Positions 10,133 to 20,166 are shown, counted from the stretch's first letter. The stretch is 64,000 nt of DNA from Desulfobacterales bacterium (GCA_963668645.2 CAXXWC010000018.1:480001-544000); one strand, 5' to 3'. Notes: generated by a model from the letters alone, not told the origin. Made by a program: numbers and translations.

Positions 10133-11584
10133 TCAAAGCAGAATGGTGAACTGTTCGCGTATTTTCCGGTCGATCTCTTCGGGGATGTGGCAGGTCGGCG
10201 GTTGATCCAGAATTTTGCGGGCCAGGGCACGGGCACGCTCCCGGGCGTCCAGGCTGCCGTCCTTTTCCCATTTTTCGCGGCGTTTCTGGTCGGTGACGCC
10301 GTTGCTCTGGAAATATTCCGTGCGCATGTGCCTCATGGTATGCGGCGACATCATGAAGTTGCCCCCTGGGCCCACCGCATCAATGACCTCCAGGGCCAGT
10401 CGGTCCGCATCGACCTCGATTCCCTTGAGCACCTTGCAGCAAAAACCGATGATTTCGTCGTCGATGACGAACTGTTCGTAGGCCACGGTGAGCATCGATT
10501 CGAGCATCCCCGCGGCGTGGTGCACGTAGTTGGATCCGCCCATGACGGCCAGTACGGTGGTCAGGGCCTTTTCCCAGCCGGCCTGGATGTCGGGAATCTT
10601 TGAGTCGGTCAGCCCCGAGGAGTTGTAGTTGGGTACCCGGATGTGGTGGGAAAGCTGGTGGATGGCGGCGTTCATCATGCCGCACTCCACCGCACCGCCC
10701 AGGTAGCCCATGGTCCTGAGGTTGGCCATCCCGGGAATTCCGCCATAGAGCAGGGGCGCCCCCGGGCTGGTAAGCTGGCAGATACAGATTCCGGCCATCT
10801 GTTCGGCATGCAGCTGGGCCAAAGTCCCGGCCATGGTCATCGGAGAGGTGGAGCCGGACATGGGGGCGGCCGAAAGGGCCACCGGAATCCGGTGGCGCAC
10901 GGCCTCTCGCATGATGCGGGTCGACTGGGTGCACAGCTTGAGCGGGCTGATGGCAAAGGAGGTAATCACCGAAATAAACGGCCGCCCGGCGAGCTGTTCG
11001 CGCCCGCCCGCGATGAGGGCTGCCATCTCCAGCACCCTGTTAAAGCCGGCTTCGTCGTTGACGCCGGACATGACGTGCTTGCCGGTGGCCTTGAGGCAGG
11101 CGTAATACATGTTTACGTCGTAGGCCGACTCGGGGATGTCGGTGGGGATGCAGGGCCGCAGGTAGAAGTGGACGTGCTCGAGGCGGTCCACCAGCCGTCC
11201 GATGTCGTAGATGTCCCGCAGAGTCGAGGGGCGGGCGGCGTCGGTCGAAAGGTCCAGCACCTTGATGGCCGCCCCGCCTGTGCCCAGGTGAACCCGGTGT
11301 TCGCCCAGGTCGATATCGTTGGCCGGATCCAGGCCGCACAGGACCACCTGCTCGGGCGCCTTTCGGATTTCGGCCGTGATCAGGTCCCGGGGAAACAGGA
11401 TCCGGCTCCGGTCGCGGTCGACGGTGGCGCCGGCGCCGGCGAGCATCTCGAGGGTTTCTTCCAGACCGGACTCGTAGGTCAGGCCGATGCGCTCCAGGAT
11501 CGTGAGGGCCGCATCGTGAATGGTGGCAAGATGTTCCTCGGAAAGGGGGCGGTATTGCCCGCCGGCCAGGCCGCTGAGCTTCAT
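10133..11584 (-). CDS. Trimethylamine methyltransferase (MttB) superfamily, non-pyrrolysine type
   Basis: ISPLK, GSTSPMTMAGTL, PGAPLLYG, TDSKIPDIQAGWEK, HAAGMLE, GPGGNF; no in-frame TAG, Leu at the usual Pyl-equivalent position (SSGLTDSK). Confidence 0.93.
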   Translation of the reverse strand: MKLSGLAGGQYRPLSEEHLATIHDAALTILERIGLTYESGLEETLEMLAGAGATVDRDRSRILFPRDLITAEIRKAPEQVVLCGLDPANDIDLGEHRVHLGTGGAAIKVLDLSTDAARPSTLRDIYDIGRLVDRLEHVHFYLRPCIPTDIPESAYDVNMYYACLKATGKHVMSGVNDEAGFNRVLEMAALIAGGREQLAGRPFISVITSFAISPLKLCTQSTRIMREAVRHRIPVALSAAPMSGSTSPMTMAGTLAQLHAEQMAGICICQLTSPGAPLLYGGIPGMANLRTMGYLGGAVECGMMNAAIHQLSHHIRVPNYNSSGLTDSKIPDIQAGWEKALTTVLAVMGGSNYVHHAAGMLESMLTVAYEQFVIDDEIIGFCCKVLKGIEVDADRLALEVIDAVGPGGNFMMSPHTMRHMRTEYFQSNGVTDQKRREKWEKDGSLDARERARALARKILDQPPTCHIPEEIDRKIREQFTILL

Positions 11585-11604
11585 TGCAATCTCCTCTCTG
11601 TTAA

Positions 11605-12417
11605 TCAAACCTTTGCCGGCGGCGCCGCGAGCTGCCCTGCGCGATAGGCCTTGAGGTAGTTCATGCAGTAACCGTCCCTGCCGGCCAGGGTCTCGGCGGC
11701 CGCGATGGCGGCCATCATCTCCCGGTCCAGGGGGTTGACGATGGCCCCGTCGAGCCCTCTGGCGATGGCCATGGCCATGAAGGTGCGGTTCAACAAGCGG
11801 CGCTGCGGCAGGCCGTAGCTGATATTCGACAGGCCGCAGGCGGTGTGAATTCCGGGAAACCGCTGCATGATGGCGTCCACGGTATCCAGGAAGGCCTGGC
11901 CGAAGCTGTTGTTGACACTCACGGGCTGGACCAGCGGATCGACGTAGATCTGTTCCACCTTCAGATTGTGCTGGACCAAACCTTCGACCAGGGCGTCGGC
12001 GATCCTGAGCCGGTCGTCCACCGTTTCGGGCATTCCCGCATCGCTCATGCACAGCGCGATTACCTTGAGGTCCGTGCCGGCCACGATGGGCAGCAGATTG
12101 TCCCAGCGTGCCTTTTCCAAAGAGATGGAGTTGATCAGGGCCGCACCCCGATGCACGGCCAGGGCCGCCTCGATGGCCGCCGGATCCGGGCTGTCGATGG
12201 CACAGGGCCTGTCTGCGGCCGACTGCACCGTTTGCACCAGCCACTCGAGGAAGATCGATTCCCGGCCCACGAAAACACCGGCATTGACATCGATATAATC
12301 CGCTCCGGCCTCGGCCTGGTCCCTGGCCACCTGCTGGATGGTCCCGGCGTCCCGGGCTTCGATGGCTTCGGCGATGGCCTTGCGGCTGGCGTTGATCAGC
12401 TCTGCGATGATGATCAT
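11605..12417 (-). CDS. Methyltetrahydrofolate:corrinoid methyltransferase (AcsE/pterin-binding family)
   Basis: IIIAELIN, YIDVN, AIDS, INS, YVDPLV, GLSNISYGLP, GAIVNP motifs. Confidence 0.92.
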   Translation of the reverse strand: MIIIAELINASRKAIAEAIEARDAGTIQQVARDQAEAGADYIDVNAGVFVGRESIFLEWLVQTVQSAADRPCAIDSPDPAAIEAALAVHRGAALINSISLEKARWDNLLPIVAGTDLKVIALCMSDAGMPETVDDRLRIADALVEGLVQHNLKVEQIYVDPLVQPVSVNNSFGQAFLDTVDAIMQRFPGIHTACGLSNISYGLPQRRLLNRTFMAMAIARGLDGAIVNPLDREMMAAIAAAETLAGRDGYCMNYLKAYRAGQLAAPPAKV

Positions 12418-13064
12418 GGCCTTTTTTCTCCATGGCGTGCGAGCATCTGGACGAAGCGGTTCTCACCGGCCGGGCGCAGGTCGAATTCGGCGCCTGCCTC
12501 CTGGACGGCATGCACCATGTCGTGCCCGTAGCCGCGGGAACAGCTCAGCACCAGCATTTCACTGCCCGGCGCGGTTTGCAGTACCAGCAGCTGGCAGGGA
12601 ACATGGCAAAACGGGCCCTGGACAAGGAACGGCGGCTCTCGCCACGGGGCCTGGAGATCCAGGCTGGTAAGCTTTTCGGTGATCCGGAAGGCGTTTCGGC
12701 CCAGGATCGCCAGGCCCAGGGTTCCCTCGGTGATCCGGGTCCGGTTGAAGTGGGGCGGGATTTCCACGGCTGGGTCGAAACACCAGAGGCATGCCTGGGC
12801 CGGTCCCATGCGGGCCACCAGGACCATGCCAAGAACGGCGATATCGCCCGGATTTTCCGGTTCAGCGATGCCGGCCGGGATCAGCTTGCCCATGGCGCGG
12901 CCCTGGATATCCAGCCGCGTGCAATGGCTCAGATCGACCAGCCAGGGGCCGGCGTCCTCGCCGGCGTACTCGAGGACCACCGGCCAGCCGCCCCGGGTTT
13001 CTTCTTTGCTCGGGCGCCCGGCAAGGCGCACCGCGGATCTTCTCCGTGTCGCATTGGTGCTCAT
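12414..13064 (-). CDS. soxG: Sarcosine oxidase gamma subunit-like protein
   Basis: LVDLSH..RLDIQG, EKLTSLDL, SRGYGH GcvT-like fragment; follows soxA. Confidence 0.75.
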   Translation of the reverse strand: MSTNATRRRSAVRLAGRPSKEETRGGWPVVLEYAGEDAGPWLVDLSHCTRLDIQGRAMGKLIPAGIAEPENPGDIAVLGMVLVARMGPAQACLWCFDPAVEIPPHFNRTRITEGTLGLAILGRNAFRITEKLTSLDLQAPWREPPFLVQGPFCHVPCQLLVLQTAPGSEMLVLSCSRGYGHDMVHAVQEAGAEFDLRPAGENRFVQMLARHGEKRP

Positions 13065-13091
13065 GGATCCACTTTCGCTAGAGGCTTCGGG

Positions 13092-16010
13092 TTACATGCG
13101 CAGGCGTTCGCCGCGCGGATCGTAAAAGGGGGTGGGCGAGACCACGGCCTGTGCCAGCCGGCCGCCGCAGCCATCCTCGTAAATGCCCAGGGCTGTGCCC
13201 TGGACTGCAAGATCCGCGTCCACCAGGGCCAGGCCAACCGGTTCCCTGAGGGTGTGGCTGTAGCGTGCGGTGCAGACATAGCCGCGGATCTTGCGATCCA
13301 CGATGATCGAGCCGTCCCTGGGGGCCGGCGAGGCCGGATCGGCCATGCGAAACCCCACCAGCTTGAGCCGGCCCGGTTGGTGTTCGGTCTGGCGCAGGGC
13401 CGCATCGCCCACTGTTTTGGCCTGCGGTTTGTCCCGGTGCCAGAGAAAGCCGAGTCCCACATCGTGCAAGGTGGTGCGCTGTTCGGACTCCGAGCCGAGG
13501 ATCACATGGCACTTTTCCAGCCTCAGAGTCCCCTGGGCCTCGAGGCCGAAGGGCCGTATCCCGAAATCCTTGCCGGCCTGTGCAAGAAGGTCCCAGACAT
13601 GGACCATCCAGGAAGAGGGCACGTGCAGTTCAAAGGAGAGCTCCCCCACGAATCCGAGCCGCAAAGACCGCACCGGCACTCCGTCCACCGTGAATTCGCG
13701 ATACCCCATATAGGGAAACGCCGCATTGCTCACATCGGCATCGGTCACCCGCGCGAGCACCTCGCGGGCCCTGGGGCCGGCCAGATTGATCGTGCCGTAG
13801 GCATCGGTCAGGTTGACGATGGAAAAATCCCAGCCATCGAAGCGGGTATGGTAACGGATCCATTCCACCGTCACGCCGGCCCGTCCGGTGGAGGTGGTAA
13901 AAAAGAAGTCGTTTTCGCCCCTGGCTACCACCACCCCGTCATCGGTGATGCAGCCGTCCTCGTTGCACATGGCTGAATACTTGGCCCGGCCCTCGGCAAC
14001 CCGCGTCATGTCGCCCACATAGACCCGATCCAGGGCTTTGACGGCGTCCGGGCCGAAGATGCGGAACTTGCCCAGGGTCGACCCGTCCAGCATGCCCACG
14101 TTGGTGCGCACGTTGACGATTTCATCCCGGCAGCAGGCATCGTCGGAAAACCGTCTGGCCCGCTGCCAGACGCCGAGCCGTTCCATGCGGCCGCCATCGG
14201 CCACCTGGCGCCGGTGCACCGGGGTGCGTTTGCACATGTCGTGCTGGGTTCCGGCGTAGGTGGCCAGCAAAGTGGGCACCAGGGGCGGGCGCACCGTGGT
14301 GGGCCGCGGTGTGGGGTCGGGCGAAGTGCCGGCCTGGGCCACGTAGAGCGGCAGGTTGTGGCCGGGGATTCCCCCCTGCCCGGGGCCGGTGCCGGTCGAG
14401 GTGAAACGCTTGATCAGTTCGGGCACATCGAAACCGGCCGCCATGGCCTGGTCGATGTTTTTGACTGTCGCATCCTCGTCGAAACAGATGAAGGTTTTGG
14501 CCCCTGCACCCGGGGCGATGACGAATTTTGAACCGCGCGCCGCTCCGGGCAGATCATCGAGCCGGTCACGCACCTCACGGACCCGGGCGGCCACCTCGGC
14601 GCCGCAGTCGCCGGCGGCCTGCAGGCCCGCCAGGCGTCCTGAAGCCAGAATGGCATCCCAATCTTCAAGGCCCAGGATCCGTCCGGCGGCGTGTACCTGT
14701 TCGGGAAGGGAAGCGGGCACGAAAAATCCTGTATGGGAATCGAAGGCGAGCTTGGCCTGGGACAGGGTAAGCGGCCCGGTGACCGGGGTGAAACCGGCCG
14801 AGGCCACCAGCAGGTCGCAGGCCAGTGTGCGGCAAAAACGGCCGTTGATCGAGGTCAGGGTCGCCTTGGAGACCTGTTGCCGGCCATGGGTCTGACGGGC
14901 CACCCAGCCCCGGTGCAGGGACAGCTTGCGTTGCGCCAGGGCTTCGAGCAGGGCAGGATCCTGGCCGTCCTGGCGGGTGTCGGCCACCGCGGCGATCTCC
15001 AGCCCAAGATCGAACAGATCCACGGCCGCCTCGAGCCCGGCATCGTGTGCCACACTGAATACGGCCCGGGTGCCGGGCAAAATACCCCAGGTATGCGCCA
15101 ACCGGTGGGCGCAACCGGCCTGCATGACCCCGGGCCGTTCGTTGTGTTCGAAGAGCAGGGGGCGCTCGATGCAGCCGGTGGCCACCACCAGGCTGGCAGT
15201 TCGGATTTCGATGTAGCGCTCGTCAAAGTCCTGATCGCTCCCGCCGCGTTGAAAGGCCGTCACCTGCCCATTGCTGTAACCGCCGATGACCGGCGCCCGG
15301 GTGAAAACCCGGATCCTGGGATCGGCCAAGATCTGTCGGGCCAGTTCGGCGCTCTTGTGACAGTAGGCAATTCCGTCCCCGGCGGTCTTGATCCGGTGTT
15401 CGAAGGCCCCGCCCAACCAGGGGCGTGATTCGAGCAGCACCACCCGCAAGCCCTGGTCCGCCGCGGCCAGGGCCGCGGCCATCCCGGCCGGGCCGCCGCC
15501 GGCAACGCAGACATCGGCGGCCGGGTAGATCTCGTCGAAGCGGCCCGGCATGCGGAAATCTGCATCCAGGCGGCCGAGTCCCGCAGCCTTGCGGATCTGG
15601 CGCATGGCGATGGGCCAGATGCGCGCCGGCTTGTGGAACACACGGTAGTAGAAACCGGCCGGCATGGCCCAACTCAAAGTGTCCATGAACTGCATGGCAT
15701 CCCATTCGGGACTCCCCTTGACGTTCTGGGGCATGACCCGCATCCCCTCGCTCAAGGCGGTGGTTTCGCAGCACACGTTGGGGATTCCGTCGACGGCCAT
15801 CAGGGTGTTGGAAGATTCCCCGTCGAGGCTGTAAAGACCCCGGGGGCGATGGTACTTGAGGCTTCGGCCGAAAATGCGCACCCCGCCGGCGAACAGGGCT
15901 GTGGCGATGGTATCCCCCTTGAGACCCTGCATGGCTTTGCCGCGATAGGTCAAAGTGCGGGGGGTGCCGGGCTCGATGCGCAGCGTGGGCAGGTGGTTGA
16001 GCCGTGTCAT
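13092..16010 (-). CDS. soxA: Sarcosine oxidase alpha subunit-like protein (NAD-binding plus folate-binding GcvT domains)
   Basis: GDTIATAL, RSLKYHRPRG, MPAGFYY, GGGPAG, ATGCIERP, KRFT, STLGKF, DDG, GELSFE, LRLEK, FYDP. Confidence 0.92.
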   Translation of the reverse strand: MTRLNHLPTLRIEPGTPRTLTYRGKAMQGLKGDTIATALFAGGVRIFGRSLKYHRPRGLYSLDGESSNTLMAVDGIPNVCCETTALSEGMRVMPQNVKGSPEWDAMQFMDTLSWAMPAGFYYRVFHKPARIWPIAMRQIRKAAGLGRLDADFRMPGRFDEIYPAADVCVAGGGPAGMAAALAAADQGLRVVLLESRPWLGGAFEHRIKTAGDGIAYCHKSAELARQILADPRIRVFTRAPVIGGYSNGQVTAFQRGGSDQDFDERYIEIRTASLVVATGCIERPLLFEHNERPGVMQAGCAHRLAHTWGILPGTRAVFSVAHDAGLEAAVDLFDLGLEIAAVADTRQDGQDPALLEALAQRKLSLHRGWVARQTHGRQQVSKATLTSINGRFCRTLACDLLVASAGFTPVTGPLTLSQAKLAFDSHTGFFVPASLPEQVHAAGRILGLEDWDAILASGRLAGLQAAGDCGAEVAARVREVRDRLDDLPGAARGSKFVIAPGAGAKTFICFDEDATVKNIDQAMAAGFDVPELIKRFTSTGTGPGQGGIPGHNLPLYVAQAGTSPDPTPRPTTVRPPLVPTLLATYAGTQHDMCKRTPVHRRQVADGGRMERLGVWQRARRFSDDACCRDEIVNVRTNVGMLDGSTLGKFRIFGPDAVKALDRVYVGDMTRVAEGRAKYSAMCNEDGCITDDGVVVARGENDFFFTTSTGRAGVTVEWIRYHTRFDGWDFSIVNLTDAYGTINLAGPRAREVLARVTDADVSNAAFPYMGYREFTVDGVPVRSLRLGFVGELSFELHVPSSWMVHVWDLLAQAGKDFGIRPFGLEAQGTLRLEKCHVILGSESEQRTTLHDVGLGFLWHRDKPQAKTVGDAALRQTEHQPGRLKLVGFRMADPASPAPRDGSIIVDRKIRGYVCTARYSHTLREPVGLALVDADLAVQGTALGIYEDGCGGRLAQAVVSPTPFYDPRGERLRM

Positions 16011-16273
16011 CAGACCGCCTCCGCAACGTCGGGGGTAACTTCGAGATTGGTCGTGGTGTCCCGGCAAATGGTGAACCAGGCACCGCAGCCGCTGCGGTGG
16101 TACCACCATTCTTTCTGGACGCCGAGACGCGAGCAGTTCAGGTGGGCATAGTCGCACCAGGCTTCGGGACTCAGGTGCTGCGGATCGGGCCGCGGTCCCT
16201 TGTCCTCGCCGCCGAACCGGAATTCGTATCCGCTGCGCGGTCCGCAGATGGGGCAGGTGATGGTGAATGCCAT
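16010..16273 (-). CDS. soxD: Sarcosine oxidase delta subunit-like Zn protein
   Basis: ITCPICGPR..EF, EWWYH..GC, RDTTT motifs; C-terminal part of the track ORF 16010..17059. Confidence 0.9.
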   Translation of the reverse strand: MAFTITCPICGPRSGYEFRFGGEDKGPRPDPQHLSPEAWCDYAHLNCSRLGVQKEWWYHRSGCGAWFTICRDTTTNLEVTPDVAEAV

Positions 16274-16314
16274 GGCCGTTCTCCTGCGCATGCCCGCCCT
16301 GGCCGGGCGGGGCG

Positions 16315-17535
16315 TCAATTGTTGGCGCTGTAGTCCACCAAGGCCGCGGTCTCTCCCATGAGCCGGTGATCCTGGAACCGTTGCAGGCCGAAAGGCTTGA
16401 GCATCTCCGGACACTGGCCGGTGGCCATGTAGCGAGCCATGTACTTGCCGGTGACGGTGGACGACTTGAAGCCGAAATAGCCCCATCCGCAGTCCAGATA
16501 ATAGCCCTGCACCGGATCGTTGCCGTCCAGGATGGGGGCCATGTCGGGGGTCATGTCGGCCAGCCCGCCCCAGATGCGCATGAACTTGACGCCCTTGAGG
16601 CAGGGCAGAAACTCGGTGAGCGTTTCGGCCTGGTGCTTGATGTAATGGGCCGTGGTTTGGGTGGTGTAATTGGGCCACGGGTCCATGTGGGCTCCAGAGA
16701 CGATCTCGCCCTTGAGAGACTGGTTGGCGTAGCAGTGGTAGGCCCCGGACGAGACCACGTGGTGCAGCAGCGGTTTGAGCGGCTGGGTGACCATGGCCTG
16801 GATGGTCAGAACGCTGACGGGCAGCCGCTGGCCCAGATAGCGGTAGGCGAGTCCGGCTGCATAGGCCCCGGCGGCGTTGAGCACCCTGGAGGTGTGGATT
16901 TTTCCCCTGTCGGTCTCCACCCAGGCGACCTTGCCCCTGTCGACTCCGATTCCGGTGACTTCGGTTCCCTGGTGGATGTGGATTCCGCGTCGGCTTGCGC
17001 CCCTGGCCAAGCCCCAGACCACCGCGTCGTGGCGCAGGATTCCTCCCGGTGGATGCCACATGGCCCCGGAGATGGGGTGGCGGGGCCGATCGGAAATATC
17101 CAGAGCCGGCACCAGTTCCTTACACTCCTGGGGGTCCACCAGGCGGCTGTCGATACCCAGAAACTGCGCCGAGGCCACATGCAGGCGCATGGCCTTGAGC
17201 GCCGCTTCGCCGTGGGCCAGGTTGAGGTTCCCGCAATTGAAGAACATCAGATTGAAATCCAGCTCACGGGTCAGAACGGGCCACAGTTCCAGGGCTTCCT
17301 TGTAAAGTGGAAGGTTTTCCTGGGTCCTCTGATTGGCGCGCACGATGGCGGTGTTGCGGCCTGCGGCGCCGAACCCGATAAAGCGCTTCTCGATGACGGC
17401 CACATCGGTCATGCCATGGTCGCGGGCCAGGAAATAGGCCGTTGCCAGTCCGTGCAGCCCGCCGCCGATGATCACGGCGTCATAGTGGGATTTGAGGGGA
17501 CGCGAGGGCCAGAAGCGTTGCGATCGACCGAACAT
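16315..17535 (-). CDS. soxB: Sarcosine oxidase beta subunit-like FAD protein
   Basis: GGGLHGLATAY, GRNTAIVR, GILRHDAV (His equivalent to the covalent-FMN site), DMTPD, GWGYFGFK. Confidence 0.92.
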   Translation of the reverse strand: MFGRSQRFWPSRPLKSHYDAVIIGGGLHGLATAYFLARDHGMTDVAVIEKRFIGFGAAGRNTAIVRANQRTQENLPLYKEALELWPVLTRELDFNLMFFNCGNLNLAHGEAALKAMRLHVASAQFLGIDSRLVDPQECKELVPALDISDRPRHPISGAMWHPPGGILRHDAVVWGLARGASRRGIHIHQGTEVTGIGVDRGKVAWVETDRGKIHTSRVLNAAGAYAAGLAYRYLGQRLPVSVLTIQAMVTQPLKPLLHHVVSSGAYHCYANQSLKGEIVSGAHMDPWPNYTTQTTAHYIKHQAETLTEFLPCLKGVKFMRIWGGLADMTPDMAPILDGNDPVQGYYLDCGWGYFGFKSSTVTGKYMARYMATGQCPEMLKPFGLQRFQDHRLMGETAALVDYSANN

Positions 17536-17588
17536 TGGATCCCCCTGTCAGAAAGGGAGTGATTGGTGTTCATTTGTTATGAATGGAC

Positions 17589-17606
17589 ATATTTCATATG
17601 AAACAT
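17589..17606. promoter_or_regulatory. Candidate operator in the soxB/rpiR divergent promoter region
   Basis: Perfect palindrome TTTCATATGAAA (17592-17603); half-site TATGAAACA recurs inverted at 17771-17779 in an AT-rich intergenic region. Confidence 0.4.
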
Positions 17607-17888
17607 ATTAAGTCAAGAAATTTTGAAAGGCGAAACGCTGGCATAGAACTAAAATGTATATAACTATATATAATTAGGTAGTAAAAAATATTCTTGGGGC
17701 GTTGTAAGAGCGCAGGATCGTATGGGCTGTGCAACTTTTATTGATTAATATTTCGACATTTGATAGTTTTTGTTTCATAAACGGCCTTAAGTTGAGTTTT
17801 CCGGTTTTTGTCCAAATGTGATAAGCAACGGCCGCTCAGAACGGCCTATCATCTCAAAACAGCCAAACGTGCTGTGAAAGGAAGGCAG

Positions 17889-18779
17889 ATGAATCCTCGA
17901 AAAAACGGCATCCAATCCCTGGTCCGCCGCATTTCCGAGCTTCAGCAAGAACTTACCCCCAAGGGTCGCATCCTCGGGGAATACGTTATCGAAAATCTTC
18001 CCAAGGTTGTTTTCATGACGGTGGCGGAATTGGCCAGGGCCTGTGGGGTCAGTGAGGCGACGGTGGTCCGTTTCGTGGCTCAGCTCGGGTTCGGCGGATA
18101 TACCAGTTTCAAACAGGCCCTGCGGGATTTCATGGATGTCGAGTTGACGCTGCTGGATCGGGTGGACATGATGGCTGCCCTGGAACCGAGGACCGAACGG
18201 TTTCAGCGGGTCGTTTACGAAGAAATTGACAACCTGCGCCAACTCTTCGAGCACATCGATATGGCACAGGCCGAGCGGGTGATCGCCCTGCTCCAGGACA
18301 GCCCCCAGATTTTCGTGATCGGTTCCCGCCTGTCCTACAGCGCCGCCTACTACCTGGGATGGTCCCTGACCAAAATCCGCGGAGGAATCCAGATCTTCAA
18401 GGGCAGTGACAAGGCCAACATCGACTGGCTCACCATCGCCCCGGTCGAGACGCTGGTGGTCATCGTGGCCCAGTCACGATACCCCAACGAACTGATCCGT
18501 CTGGGCAACCTCGTCAAACGTCTGGGGCAGCAACTCGTGGTGATCACGGACAGCAGGGCCTGCCCGCTGCTGCACTGTGCCGATGAGAGCCTCATCGCGC
18601 CTTCGACCTATATCCCGCTTATCGGCAGTCCGACAACGATCGCCTGCCTGGTCAACTATCTGATCCAGGAGCTGGCCAGCCGGTATGGCCCCGAACTCAA
18701 GCAGCACCAGGAGAAACTGGAACAGTCCTACTGGGAAAACGATGTGCTTTTCAACATCAAGCGCCAGCCCGCAGAATAA
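17889..18779 (+). CDS. MurR/RpiR family transcriptional regulator (HTH plus SIS)
   Basis: ELARACGVSEATVVRFVAQLGFGGY HTH; IFVIGSR, SRYP, VITDS SIS domain. Confidence 0.93.
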   Translation: MNPRKNGIQSLVRRISELQQELTPKGRILGEYVIENLPKVVFMTVAELARACGVSEATVVRFVAQLGFGGYTSFKQALRDFMDVELTLLDRVDMMAALEPRTERFQRVVYEEIDNLRQLFEHIDMAQAERVIALLQDSPQIFVIGSRLSYSAAYYLGWSLTKIRGGIQIFKGSDKANIDWLTIAPVETLVVIVAQSRYPNELIRLGNLVKRLGQQLVVITDSRACPLLHCADESLIAPSTYIPLIGSPTTIACLVNYLIQELASRYGPELKQHQEKLEQSYWENDVLFNIKRQPAE

Positions 18780-18815
18780 ATCCCGCCGGCACCGAAGGGG
18801 ATGCAGATCCGATGG

Positions 18816-20047
18816 TCATTTCTTACCGGACCGCGCCCAATCATAGACGGCCTCCACAGTCCGGAAGACCCCATCCCAGGTATAGCTTGCCAGCAATCGG
18901 CCGTAAGCGCTGAGATCGGGGATGGGGGTCTCGATGGCGGCATTGAGCTGATCGGAAAGTTTGGTGGCCAGACGTGCGATGAAATCCCCGGCCCCGTTCG
19001 GGTCGGGGGTTTCGATATCCGCCATGGGAGGAAGCGCCACCAGGCGTAAGGCCGGATCCGGGATGGCTTCGAAAAATTCCCGCACCCCGGGCAGGGCGGT
19101 CGCCACCAGACGGCATCCGCTGGCCAGGGCTTCGAGCAGGACCAGGGGCAGACCCTCGAAAAAGGAGGGCAGCACGAAGATGTGGGCCTTGCGCATGCGC
19201 GCGGCCAGAGCGCTCTGGTCGATGGGCCCGGTGACCGTGACCCGCTCGCCCAGCCGTGCGGCTGCTTGCAGCACCTCTTCCTGTTCCTCCCCGCTGCCCC
19301 CGCCGACCAGAGTCAGGTGCCAGTCCGGGGCGTCGATTCTCGCCAGGGCCTTCATCAGCCAGGAGGCGCCCTTGGTGCGGCTGAGCTTGCCGGCAAAGAG
19401 GATCTGCACCGGATCGGGGGGCCGGCTTGGGTTCCGGGTAAAAGCGCGTCTCGTCGTAGCCTGCGCCGGCCACATGGATGCGCCTGGGCGCGATGGCGTA
19501 AAGTTCGGCGATTTCGTCTTGCTGGATGCGGCTCAGGGCCAGCACGGCGTCTATACGGCGGCAGGCGCCGGCCACATGGGGGCGCAGTGTGGGCACATTG
19601 GCGGAACTGGCGCAGATCCGTACCGTGACAGCTCGTCACCAGGGGCAGGTCCGGGAAAAGGCGGCGCACCCGGGCGCTGAGCAGCCACAAATGATGGCTG
19701 TGGATCAGGTCGGGGTGAAATTCGGCTGCCGCCTCCTGCAAACGCCGATCGAAGGCCGCATGGTAGGCATCGATCTGCTTGGTGCCAAGATCGATGAAGC
19801 GGCAGCTGGGGTAGGGCATTACATCACTCATGCCCACCACGTCGAAGGGCAGGTCCGCGCCGCCGAAATGAACGAAACGGCAACGTCCGGCCGGCAGTTC
19901 GGAAATTTCGGGGTGGTCCGGACCGGGAACCCCGGCCAAGAGGAAGTTGTCATGCCCGCGGCGGGCCGCCGCGGCGATCATGGCCCGGACATATATTCCG
20001 CTGCCGGTGGCTTCAGGTCGCTGGCTCAGGACGTGAAGGATGCGCAT
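18816..20047 (-). pseudogene. GT4 family glycosyltransferase split over three frames (two +1 frameshifts: pseudogene or sequencing error)
   Basis: Frame 1 MRILHVLSQRP..HGTDL; frame 2 LRPHV..GAGYD..FYP; frame 3 ILFAGKLS..KG..FFEGLPLVLLEA. Extra bases near 19588 and in the G6 run at 19416-19421. Confidence 0.8.
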
Positions 20048-20166
20048 GGTTCTATCTTAAGGCATTTATCTGGTTCGAAAAAGAAGATTTGATCGCCTCC
20101 GTAAACAGCGCCGGTGTGAAAAAGTGGTTGCGCGCGGCCAAGGCGCAGCTGGATTTTGCCGCGGAT

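Noticed and set aside
10590..10630. Possible pyrrolysine (TAG) recoding in MttB
   Set aside because: The frame is open and has Leu at the equivalent position; no in-frame TAG or TGA read-through is needed in this gene.
10133..12511. 792-aa ORF suggesting an MttB fusion
   Set aside because: The first 309 codons overlap the methyl-THF methyltransferase in another frame and are low-complexity; the real start is 11584 with its own SD.
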